64,000 nt of DNA from Acidobacteriota bacterium. Its GTDB lineage: Bacteria; Acidobacteriota; Terriglobia; Terriglobales; Acidobacteriaceae. Location: assembly GCA_021816455.1 (NCBI GenBank), contig JAKAXU010000001.1, forward strand, positions 141,518-205,517. The letters run 5' to 3'. A model generated the notes under the pieces. The model was given only the letters and a program-made list of their open reading frames with translations. It searched no databases and was not told where the DNA came from. Both the position numbers and the translations under genes were made by a program. Of the stretch, positions 19,068-27,716 are shown piece after piece (positions within the stretch are counted from its first letter, which is position 1; the number at the start of each line of letters is the position of its first letter).

Positions 19068-21776
19068 TCAGGAGACCGGCTCCAGTTCCTGTTCTTCGCT
19101 GCGGGCACCGAGTTTGACCGGCCCATGGGTCTCAGCCGTTGGCAGCGGCGGAGCATCTCCGATGCGCTTCTCATATTCGCAGGCGGCGACCTGCCGCGCT
19201 GATTTCTGCACGGCTTTCTCCGGCAACTTCGCTTTGCCGCGTCTTCCGGCGGACTTCCCGGCTTCGACCTCCGTCGCCTCCTGTTGCGCTTTGCTGTTCG
19301 GGCAGAACAGATACACGCCCGATTTCAGCGTCTTCTCCAGCAGATAAGAGCTGTGGCACTTCGGACACTTCTTCGCAACCGGTTTGTAATTTGATGTGAA
19401 GTCGCACTTGGGATAGTTGGTGCAGCCCCAGAAGAGGTTGCCACGTCGCGCCCTGCGTTCGGCCAGGTCGCCCTCGCCGCACTTCGGACACTTCATGCCC
19501 TCGATCAGGTTCTGCTTCACGTACTTGCACTTCGGATAGCCAGAGCAGGAGACAAACTCTCCGTAAGCGCCCTGGCGCAGCACCAGATCCTTGCCGCAGA
19601 CCGGGCACGGCTCTCCGGTAGGCTGCGGTGCGTTCAGTTTCTGCTGTTGCTTCTGGCTCAGCTTGCGGATGGTCTTGCAGGGAGGGTCTTCATTGAAACC
19701 CGGGCAGGCCATGTACGGCCCAAAGATGCCGCGGCGCAGCACCATCACGCGGCCGCAGTTGTCGCAGTATTCCTCACTCTGCTCGGATTCAAGCGCGTCC
19801 TTGAAGACCATGTCCGGCTTGGCCGCGACATTCTCCCGTGTGAAGGTGCAACTGTTCTTGTCCTTCTTGTTGTAGGCGCTGCAGGAGTAGAAGGTGCCGA
19901 ACTTGCCCCACTTGAGCACCAGCGGCGATCCACAGCGCTCGCACTTTTCGTTGGTCGGAATCTCCATCGCCTTGATGGATTCCATCTCCTTTTCTGCAAC
20001 CTTCAACTCCTGCTCAAAGTGCGTGTAGAAACCTTTAAGCAGATCCGTCCACCGCTCCTTGCCGTCTTCGATGTCGTCGAGTTCCTCCTCCAGCCGCGCT
20101 GTATATGCGGTGTCGAAGATGTAGCCGAAGTTCTTCACCAGCAGGTCACAGACGACAACGCCGATCTCAGTCGGATAAAAACGACCGGAAATCTTCGTCA
20201 CGTACTCGCGATCCTGAATGGTGTTGATGATCGACGCATAAGTGGACGGGCGGCCGATGCCACGCTCCTCCAGAACCTTTACGAGCGATGCCTCGTTGAA
20301 GCGCGGCGGCGGCTGCGTAAAGCGCTGCTGCGGCTGGATCGCCTGGCAGACCAGATCGCGCACTCCGTCCAAAGACGGCAAGCGCTGATCGTCGCCCTCT
20401 TCCTCGGCATCCTTCCGCTCTTCCGACATCTCGTAAACCTTCAGAAAACCATCAAAGCGCAGGACACGGCCGCTCACGCGGAAGTCGTAATTTCTGCCGT
20501 CCTTGCGCGAGCGTGCATCGATCTTCGCCGTGGTCACGTCATAGATAGCCGGCGTCATCTGCGAAGCGACGAAGCGCTGCCAGATGAGCCTATATAGTCG
20601 AAGCTGTTCGTCGGTCAGATACTGTGCAATCGACTCTGGCGTGCGCGTCGCGTCTGTCGGACGAATTGCCTCGTGCGCATCCTGTGAATCTTTCTTGCCC
20701 TGGTAGGAGTTAGGCTTCTCTGGCAGATACTGCGGACCGAGACGTTCGCGGATCCACTGGCGCGCACTTTCCTTGGCATCCGGAGAGACACGCGGTGAGT
20801 CCGTACGCATATAGGTGATCAGGCCGACTGCGCCTTCGGCTCCGAGGTCCACGCCTTCATACAGTCGTTGCGCCACGCCCATAGTGCGGCGCACGTTGAA
20901 GCCGAGCTTGCTGGCGGCATCGCGCTGCAATTGGCTGGTGATGAACGGCGCCAGCGGCTTGCGCCTCTGCTCCGACTGCGTCACGGAACCCAGCGTCCAG
21001 TCAGCCTTGTCCAACGCAGCCAGCACGGCATCGACAGTTGCTTTGTCCGGCAGAGAGTTGCTCAGAAACTGCGGCTTGCCCTCCTTATCCACGCCGTTTG
21101 CCACACGGATCGGCTCACTATCGATGCCGACAAGGCTGGCCCGGAAGCTGCGCTCCGTCTTGCCCTTCGGATGAAGCTGCGCGGCGACGGTCCAGTACTC
21201 CACCGGCTTGAAAGCGGAAATCTCGCGCTCACGCTCGACGATCAGGCGCACGGCCACCGTCTGCACGCGTCCGGCAGAGAGTCCGCGCCGAACCTTGTCC
21301 CACAGCAGCGGCGAAACCTGATAGCCAACCAACCGATCCAGGACGCGGCGCGTCTGCTGCGCATCCACCAGATTCTGATCGATGTCCCGCGCATGCTGGA
21401 ACGCTTCCTGAACGGCCTTCTTGGTGATTTCATTGAAGGTCACACGCTGAATTTTTTTACGCAGCGAGGCAGTGGTTCCAAGCTGCAGAGCAAGGTGATA
21501 GGCGATGGCTTCGCCCTCACGGTCCGGGTCGGGCGCCAGATAAATATGTTCCGCCTTCTCGGCTGCTCGCTTAAGCTGCTGCACCAGCTTTTCCTTACCG
21601 GGCGAAACAATCAGCGTCGGCTCAAAGGTACGCTTTTTCAACTCCACGCCAATATCATTTTTGGGCAGGTCCATAATGTGACCGATCGAAGCCTGCACTT
21701 CGAAGTCCTTGCCTAGATACTTTCCGATCGTCTTTGCCTTGGCCGGTGACTCGACGATGACGAGTGATTTGCTCAT
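19068..21776 (-). CDS. topA: DNA topoisomerase I
   Basis: LVIVESPAKAKTI, DPDREGE, SAGRVQ, LITYMRTD, C-terminal C4 zinc ribbons; start at MSKSLV. Confidence 0.98.
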   Translation of the reverse strand: MSKSLVIVESPAKAKTIGKYLGKDFEVQASIGHIMDLPKNDIGVELKKRTFEPTLIVSPGKEKLVQQLKRAAEKAEHIYLAPDPDREGEAIAYHLALQLGTTASLRKKIQRVTFNEITKKAVQEAFQHARDIDQNLVDAQQTRRVLDRLVGYQVSPLLWDKVRRGLSAGRVQTVAVRLIVEREREISAFKPVEYWTVAAQLHPKGKTERSFRASLVGIDSEPIRVANGVDKEGKPQFLSNSLPDKATVDAVLAALDKADWTLGSVTQSEQRRKPLAPFITSQLQRDAASKLGFNVRRTMGVAQRLYEGVDLGAEGAVGLITYMRTDSPRVSPDAKESARQWIRERLGPQYLPEKPNSYQGKKDSQDAHEAIRPTDATRTPESIAQYLTDEQLRLYRLIWQRFVASQMTPAIYDVTTAKIDARSRKDGRNYDFRVSGRVLRFDGFLKVYEMSEERKDAEEEGDDQRLPSLDGVRDLVCQAIQPQQRFTQPPPRFNEASLVKVLEERGIGRPSTYASIINTIQDREYVTKISGRFYPTEIGVVVCDLLVKNFGYIFDTAYTARLEEELDDIEDGKERWTDLLKGFYTHFEQELKVAEKEMESIKAMEIPTNEKCERCGSPLVLKWGKFGTFYSCSAYNKKDKNSCTFTRENVAAKPDMVFKDALESEQSEEYCDNCGRVMVLRRGIFGPYMACPGFNEDPPCKTIRKLSQKQQQKLNAPQPTGEPCPVCGKDLVLRQGAYGEFVSCSGYPKCKYVKQNLIEGMKCPKCGEGDLAERRARRGNLFWGCTNYPKCDFTSNYKPVAKKCPKCHSSYLLEKTLKSGVYLFCPNSKAQQEATEVEAGKSAGRRGKAKLPEKAVQKSARQVAACEYEKRIGDAPPLPTAETHGPVKLGARSEEQELEPVS

Positions 21777-22036
21777 GCTCTTCCTTCTGAAAAAATTACC
21801 AGTGCCAGTTCTTCCCCACTTTAACGCTACTTGCGCTGTTTCCCTTGGACTCGCGACGACGGGTTCCGTTTCATCGCCCAATCTGCTCTCCTCCGGTCGC
21901 CACGCTTTCGATCCTGAATCCTGACCGGCATCCAAGCCAGAGAAAATTCGCCACAGAACACTGCAAGCTAACACGGACGGGGGCGCTGTTGCTAGTTTCT
22001 ATCATCTGCCACAGGGTTCCACGCAGATTCAACCCG

Positions 22037-23194
22037 CTAAAAAGACAGTACATAGGAACTGCCGGGAAGTTTTCTTACACGCCCGGCCAGCTCCAGCTCA
22101 AAAAGCGCCGTAAAGACCTCGGAGGATGTCATCTGGGTGTCGAGCTTCTCAAAGATTTCGTCGAGTTGCAGAGCGGAGTCCGGCTGGAGCACCTCCAGCA
22201 CCATTGCTTCCTGCGGTCCAAAAACCGGCTCCGGTAATAACGATGCGGGAGCAGCGGAATCGGATGCAGAACTCTGCGCAGACTCCAGTTGCAGGCGTAC
22301 CTGCGACGGCAGCGCCTCCCAGATATCCTCCCAGCTTGCCGTCAGTTGCGCTCCCTGCTTGATGAGCGTATTGGGCGTCCACGATCCCTTGCTGGTTACG
22401 TTGCCGGGCACGGCATAGACGTCTCTGCCCTGTTCGAGCGCGCAGCGCGCCGTCACCCGCGTGCCAGAGTGCTCACTGGCCTCCACCACCAGCACGCCAA
22501 CACTCATGCCGGAAAGAATTCGGTTGCGGCGTGGAAAGTTCTGTGGTGCTGGAAACGTACCGACCGGCAACTCCGTTGCAATCACCCCGCCGGTCGCCAC
22601 AATATCGTCGGCGAGCTTTCGATTTTCCTTGGGATAGATAACGTCGATGCCGGTTCCCCAGACGGCTGCCGTGGGCCTCTGCGCCGCCAGCGCGCCCTTG
22701 TGCGCCGCCGTATCGACGCCTCGCGCCATCCCGCTCAGAATCAGCACTCCGCGCAGGGCCAGGTCGCGCGCCAGCATCTCCGCCATGCCTGTGCCGTAGG
22801 GAGAAGGATGGCGGGTGCCCACCACGGCAATCGAAGGCAGACTGAGCAGGCAGGCATTCCCCCGGATCCAGAGCACCGGCGGAGGATCGTAGATTTCGCG
22901 CAGACGCTCCGGATAGAGTTTGTCGCTGAAGCAGACGATCTGCGCACCAACCTCGGCGGCGCGAATTTGCTGCTGCTCGGCCACCTCACGTCCTTTGCCA
23001 TCAAAGAGAAACTGCGCCGCGGCAGCCGGAAGCGCGAGCGACTCCAGCTCCGTGAGCGAAAGAGAGAACAGCTCTGCGGGGCGCTCGATCTGGCGCATCG
23101 CATCCAGAATCCGCCGCGGGCCAAGTGTCGGAGCGAGCGTCATCGCAAGCCATGCCAGCCTATCTTCGGGGATAGCCTGATCCCTTGTCGTCAT
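22037..23194 (-). CDS. dprA: DNA-processing protein DprA/Smf
   Basis: IAVVGTR, SGMARGVDTAAH, FPRRNRI, N-L-I-K-Q-G-A, C-terminal winged helix; upstream of topA. Confidence 0.96.
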   Translation of the reverse strand: MTTRDQAIPEDRLAWLAMTLAPTLGPRRILDAMRQIERPAELFSLSLTELESLALPAAAAQFLFDGKGREVAEQQQIRAAEVGAQIVCFSDKLYPERLREIYDPPPVLWIRGNACLLSLPSIAVVGTRHPSPYGTGMAEMLARDLALRGVLILSGMARGVDTAAHKGALAAQRPTAAVWGTGIDVIYPKENRKLADDIVATGGVIATELPVGTFPAPQNFPRRNRILSGMSVGVLVVEASEHSGTRVTARCALEQGRDVYAVPGNVTSKGSWTPNTLIKQGAQLTASWEDIWEALPSQVRLQLESAQSSASDSAAPASLLPEPVFGPQEAMVLEVLQPDSALQLDEIFEKLDTQMTSSEVFTALFELELAGRVRKLPGSSYVLSF

Positions 23195-23414
23195 GCGCTT
23201 TCCTTCCCTCGATGATCCGCATGGCAGCTCCGGCGCAGCCTTGTTTCCCGGCCTGCTGTTTTCCTGCATCTGGCGAATGTTCCCGATTATACGCAGACGT
23301 GCTCCATCCCCATGCAGAGATTCGAAAAACGTTGCGCCCTGCATCTGCGCATGCTCCATAGACGACGGCGCAGAGCTGGCACGCTGAGTCCGCGCCAGTT
23401 GATACTCTGGAGCA

Positions 23415-24305
23415 GTGAGCGCATCCGTTCAGCAACTTCGCGTCGCCGCAATTCGATTTCTCAATCCAGCTCCACTGATGTGGGACTTTGAACATGAGCC
23501 TTGGCGTAGCCAGATGGCTGCACGCTATCGGCTGGATTGGATGATGCCATCGGAGTGCGCGGCGCGTCTTGCGCTTCCGCGGGAGGCTCCGCAGGCCGCC
23601 CACCTGGGACTGGTTCCGATTGCCGCGCTGGCCACAAATCCTGAACTGAGGCTGGTGCCGGGCTGCGCCATTGCCGCCACGCGACGCGTGCGTTCCCTGC
23701 TGCTGATTCGCCGCGAGCAGCAACCGCTGAGCGCGATTCGCACGGTGGCTGCGGACACCTCTTCGCGAGCGACGCTGGCCTATACGCAGATTCTGTTTCG
23801 TGAATGGTGGCAGCCCGGCAGCTCATCCGGAGATGGGCCGGAATTTCGACCGCACTGCCCGGATGTGGATGCGATGCTGGACTCTGCCGACGCGGCGCTG
23901 GTGATTGGCGATCCGGCACTTTTTGCGCTGGAGGAGCGGCTGAATCGCGAGGAGCGCACGGGGGAAAAGCTGATCTATCACGACCTCGCCGAAGAGTGGA
24001 TTGCGCTCACCGGCCTGCCCTGGGTCTCCGCTGTATGGGCCATCCGGCAGAGCGCTCTCGACGCCTCAACCCGCTCCCTCGACGAGATCGCCGCCGACTT
24101 CATCGCCTCACGCGACCGCGGCCTCGCCAACATCGAATCCCTCGTCGCCGAGTGGAGCGCCCGCCTGCCCCTCAGCCAGAACACCATCCGCGCCTACCTC
24201 ACCGAAAACATCCACTACACGCTCGATGAACCCTGCCTCGCCGGACTGAAACTCTTCTACAAACTGGCGGCGCAACACCAAATCCTGCCCGAATTTACGC
24301 TCTGA
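23415..24305 (+). CDS. mqnA: Chorismate dehydratase (futalosine menaquinone pathway)
   Basis: FLNPAPL, PSECA, VRSL, SSRAT, LVIGDPAL, DLAEEW..TGLP.V.A.W. Confidence 0.88.
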   Translation: MSASVQQLRVAAIRFLNPAPLMWDFEHEPWRSQMAARYRLDWMMPSECAARLALPREAPQAAHLGLVPIAALATNPELRLVPGCAIAATRRVRSLLLIRREQQPLSAIRTVAADTSSRATLAYTQILFREWWQPGSSSGDGPEFRPHCPDVDAMLDSADAALVIGDPALFALEERLNREERTGEKLIYHDLAEEWIALTGLPWVSAVWAIRQSALDASTRSLDEIAADFIASRDRGLANIESLVAEWSARLPLSQNTIRAYLTENIHYTLDEPCLAGLKLFYKLAAQHQILPEFTL

Positions 24306-24832
24306 ATCTGCGATAGAAACAGCCCCAAGTGGGCGCGGAAAAATACCGGCTGTCGTGAAAGGCAACCAGCTTTACCCCGTACATTCCAGCAATACGAAAG
24401 GCATCCGCAATCGCCTGCTTCCCCACCCATCGAACGACGCTCCCACACATCAATACTTCGCCCACCACAATTTCGAGTGGGCCACCGCTTCCCTTCCCTT
24501 CCCTCAAGCCGACATCTGTCCGCAAAGCCAGCCTCGCGGAGTGCGTTGGGGATTTATTACTCATCGAGAATCACAACGATCTCACAACTGCTGCTGGGTT
24601 GAACACCGGCCTTTTGGGATGAATTCGCGAATGTACCCCAGGGATCACAGGATGAGCGTGTTCGGGGCTAAGATGCCAACTCTCTTTCACCATTCTCCGT
24701 ATCGCCGCCGCTTGCACAACTCCCCAATCGTTCGCTTCCGGAAATCTCCGAAGGATGATTCGCGAGCATTGGACTTTGTGGTATGAAGTATGATTTTGAG
24801 CAGTCAGACTCCCAGATAACGAGGGCAAACCC

Positions 24833-25567
24833 ATGAGTCCACTGCGCCAGTGTTTTGCGTTCATGAAGCGGCACGACAGGTCTTTTTTGATTTCCAGTTT
24901 CTTGGTGTTTTTTATAACATTTGTTGTACGGGATATTCTCATGGATCGCGTCCGGATGATGGCCGACAAGCTATCTGCAGCTGAGACTGCCTTCCTCCTC
25001 GAAAACGCAACCGCGCAACTGGACCACGAGATCGATGTGGTAGATGGTCACGTCATGTCGGGCAATTCAGATATTCTGGCCAACTTTCCCTCCCATCACA
25101 ATCGGCTTCATCTCAGTCCAGACCCAGAGTCCATTCTGGATCGCAATTCCGTTCAAGACCTTCGGATGGTCAGAGAAACGAGCACAGAATTCGCCATTCT
25201 CTACCGTATCCTTGATCTTCTGCCGCTTAATAACTCAAATCGAGCGGATTTCTCGAAGCTGTACGCACGATGGGACAAAGATCAAGTGGGAAGCTTGAAA
25301 CCTATACCGCTGATAGGAGTGAAGGTTGACCCCGTCGTCGCAAAGACTGAAGCAGAAAAAGATAGAAAGCGTCTTCAGGATATGTGGTCGATCAATGGGG
25401 AAATTCAGATGCTCGGTGCTTCGAGCCTCGACGATGCCCAACGAAATATCGAAGAGAAAGAACACGAGACGAACGTTTTTGCGTGGTGCAGCTACGTTCT
25501 CACCTTCTTTAGCGGCGTTCTCGCGTTGAGTTGCAAGTTTGCTGGTATCGAGACTGTCACGGCATAA
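24833..25567 (+). CDS. Hypothetical protein with N- and C-terminal TM helices
   Basis: Hydrophobic FLISSFLVFFITFVV and VFAWCSYVLTFFSGVLALSC around a ~180-aa soluble region. Confidence 0.7.
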   Translation: MSPLRQCFAFMKRHDRSFLISSFLVFFITFVVRDILMDRVRMMADKLSAAETAFLLENATAQLDHEIDVVDGHVMSGNSDILANFPSHHNRLHLSPDPESILDRNSVQDLRMVRETSTEFAILYRILDLLPLNNSNRADFSKLYARWDKDQVGSLKPIPLIGVKVDPVVAKTEAEKDRKRLQDMWSINGEIQMLGASSLDDAQRNIEEKEHETNVFAWCSYVLTFFSGVLALSCKFAGIETVTA

Positions 25568-25623
25568 AGCAAGTATCCACCGGCAGAGCCGGAGGAACTC
25601 CTTGTTGGATTGGAATTCAAAGA

Positions 25624-26091
25624 ATGGGTAAATTGACTTGTACAGTGCATGGCGACCAAGCCAACGCACTGATCCATTACTGGATCAAGCAGCACAGGCG
25701 AGAAGCTCAATCAAGGCAATGGCTCATGGCAGCTATGGCGCTAGGCTGCCTCCTGGAGGCGTTTCTATACTCCTACTTCATTATTTGGAGCGGCGACGAA
25801 AACAACGATCCCGCGAAGGATGGACAGATTCCTGATAACTTGGTGCTCAATGACCTGCTCGACGCTGCGAAGCAGGCTGACCTATTGGCACCGGGCAAGT
25901 TCAAGGATAAGTTCGGAGATCATGCGGTTCAGGACGTAATCCATGAACTTCGCCATCTGCGTAACAACATACACGCTGGCGTAGCGCTCAAGAAAGGATT
26001 CGATCCGGCAAAGTTCACAAAGAAGGACTATAAGCGGTTGAAGAAGATATTAGCTGCTGTTTGGGACAACTTTGAGCTTTACTGGCTTTAG
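25624..26091 (+). CDS. HEPN/DUF4145-like protein
   Basis: AAMALGCLLEAFL N-terminal helix and ELRHLRNNIH (R-N-x-x-H) motif; 155 aa from ATG 25624. Confidence 0.6.
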   Translation: MGKLTCTVHGDQANALIHYWIKQHRREAQSRQWLMAAMALGCLLEAFLYSYFIIWSGDENNDPAKDGQIPDNLVLNDLLDAAKQADLLAPGKFKDKFGDHAVQDVIHELRHLRNNIHAGVALKKGFDPAKFTKKDYKRLKKILAAVWDNFELYWL

Positions 26092-26277
26092 AAGACGAAT
26101 CAAGACTGATTAATGCGGTCATCTATTCAGCGATCCATAAGGCCAACTTTCCCCAACAGGCGCAACGCACACACCAAACAAGCCTTGACCCAACCGTGGA
26201 TCATTCGCCCGGGCCGAAGCCTGCTCGTGCTCAATACAAAGAACGGAACAAACGCGGCTCTTGCGCGAAGGCCAGGT

Positions 26278-27294
26278 TCAGCACTCCCAGCGCAGCAGGG
26301 CGGCACCGACGGTGAAGCCGGCTCCGGCGGCGGCGATGAGGACCAGGTCGCCCTTGTGGAGTTTGCCCTGCTCGATGGCCGTGCCCATGGCGAGCGGGAT
26401 GGTTCCGCCTGAGGTGTTGCCGTATTTTTCGATGTTGACGATGACGCGGCTGTCGTCCATGCCAAGCCGCTCGGCGGTGGCGGTGATGATGCGTTTGTTG
26501 GCCTGATGCGGAATGAAGCAGCCGAGTTCCTGGCTAGAGACGCCGTTGCGCTCCAGCACGCGCGTGGTGGCCTCGGCCATCTTGCGCACGGCAAACTTGT
26601 AGACGGTCTGGCCGTCCTGATGGATGTAGTGCTGCTTGTTGGCAACGGTCTCAGCGGATGCCGGTCGCAGGCTGCCGCCAGCGGCCAGATTGAGCGCCGG
26701 ACCGCCCGAGCCGTCAATCTCGTGCACAAAATCGATCAGCCCGATCTCGTCGCCTTCGCATGGCTCCAGCAGCACCGCTCCGGCACCGTCGCCAAAGAGG
26801 ATGCAGGTGGTGCGGTCGGTGTAATCGACCATGCGCGAGTTGGCGTCGCCGCCGATGACGAGAACCTTCTTGTGTGCGCCGCTCTCCACCAGTTTGGCTC
26901 CTGCCTGAAGAGCAAAGACAAAGCCGGAGCAGCCCGCCGAGACATCAAAGCCCCACGCTCCTGCGGCCCCGATCTTGTCCTGGACGAGGCAGGCCGTGGA
27001 AGGAAACAGCATGTCCGGCGTGACCGTGCCAACGATAATCGCTTCTACTTCGCTGGCCGCGATGCCGCGCTGGGCCAGACAACGCCGAGCGGCTTCGGCG
27101 GCCATGTCGCTCGTGCCCAGTCCCTTTTCCAGGATGTGACGCTCCTTGATGCCGGTCCGCTCGGTGATCCACTGGTCGTTGGTCTCGACCATCTTTTCCA
27201 GATCGGCGTTGGTGAGGACTTTCGGGGGGACGTAGGTGCCGAGAGCACTGATCTTGACGCGGGTGGCGACGGGAGCGCGAAATACGTGACTCAA
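26278..27294 (-). CDS. fabH: 3-oxoacyl-ACP synthase III
   Basis: Catalytic triad AGCSG, PHQAN, YGNTS; FGDGAGA; TTG start with SD GAAGGAG. Confidence 0.96.
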   Translation of the reverse strand: MSHVFRAPVATRVKISALGTYVPPKVLTNADLEKMVETNDQWITERTGIKERHILEKGLGTSDMAAEAARRCLAQRGIAASEVEAIIVGTVTPDMLFPSTACLVQDKIGAAGAWGFDVSAGCSGFVFALQAGAKLVESGAHKKVLVIGGDANSRMVDYTDRTTCILFGDGAGAVLLEPCEGDEIGLIDFVHEIDGSGGPALNLAAGGSLRPASAETVANKQHYIHQDGQTVYKFAVRKMAEATTRVLERNGVSSQELGCFIPHQANKRIITATAERLGMDDSRVIVNIEKYGNTSGGTIPLAMGTAIEQGKLHKGDLVLIAAAGAGFTVGAALLRWEC

Positions 27295-27386
27295 AACAAA
27301 GTTCTCCTTCAGCGCAACCTCCGCTGAGTGCAGCCCGGAGGCCGATCACCGATTCGCCCGGGCCGACTGGGCACAGGCCATAAAAA

Positions 27387-27485
27387 AGTACCGGGAAACC
27401 CACTGCGCCCGCACTAGCCCGTTACCGTTGCTTCCTTCCGGACCTGGCGGGATTGGCGGGATTGCGTCGCGTAGGACCCGGCACT
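27387..27485 (-). ncRNA. ffs: Signal recognition particle 4.5S RNA
   Basis: Minus strand has CCGCCAGGTCCGGAAGGAAGCAACGG (conserved helix 8); ends AGTGCCGGG and CCCGGTACT pair; followed by a T-run; extended -10 TGGTATGAT 6 nt upstream. Confidence 0.95.
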
Positions 27486-27716
27486 CTTTCGATCATACCA
27501 CTCCGGAAGCGTATCTTGTAGACCCTACGGACGGCTCGGAAACCATTAAAATTGCCTTCAAATCTCGTGGCGCGGCCCATCCTCGCGCGACACGACTGTC
27601 CGTCTCCCTCAGTGACGTTTCGCGTCGGAACCGGCGATCTCTGCATCCCATCCGGAGGGCTGACCCGATGCAAAAATTCCCGGTACACGCGTTAGACTGA
27701 TTTCAGGCCGAAACCA

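Larger units (their letters stand above)
24306..26277. other. Low-GC insert between convergent mqnA and fabH
   Basis: G+C 24/60 at 24901-24960 and 23/60 at 26041-26100 versus 40/60 at 23881-23940; two non-core ORFs; no integrase or transposase seen. Confidence 0.65.

Noticed and set aside
24355-24786. 143-aa ORF and possible degenerate REP-like sequence at the left of the insert
   Set aside because: Composition not protein-like, no motif; no second copy or clean palindrome seen. Could be a decayed remnant.
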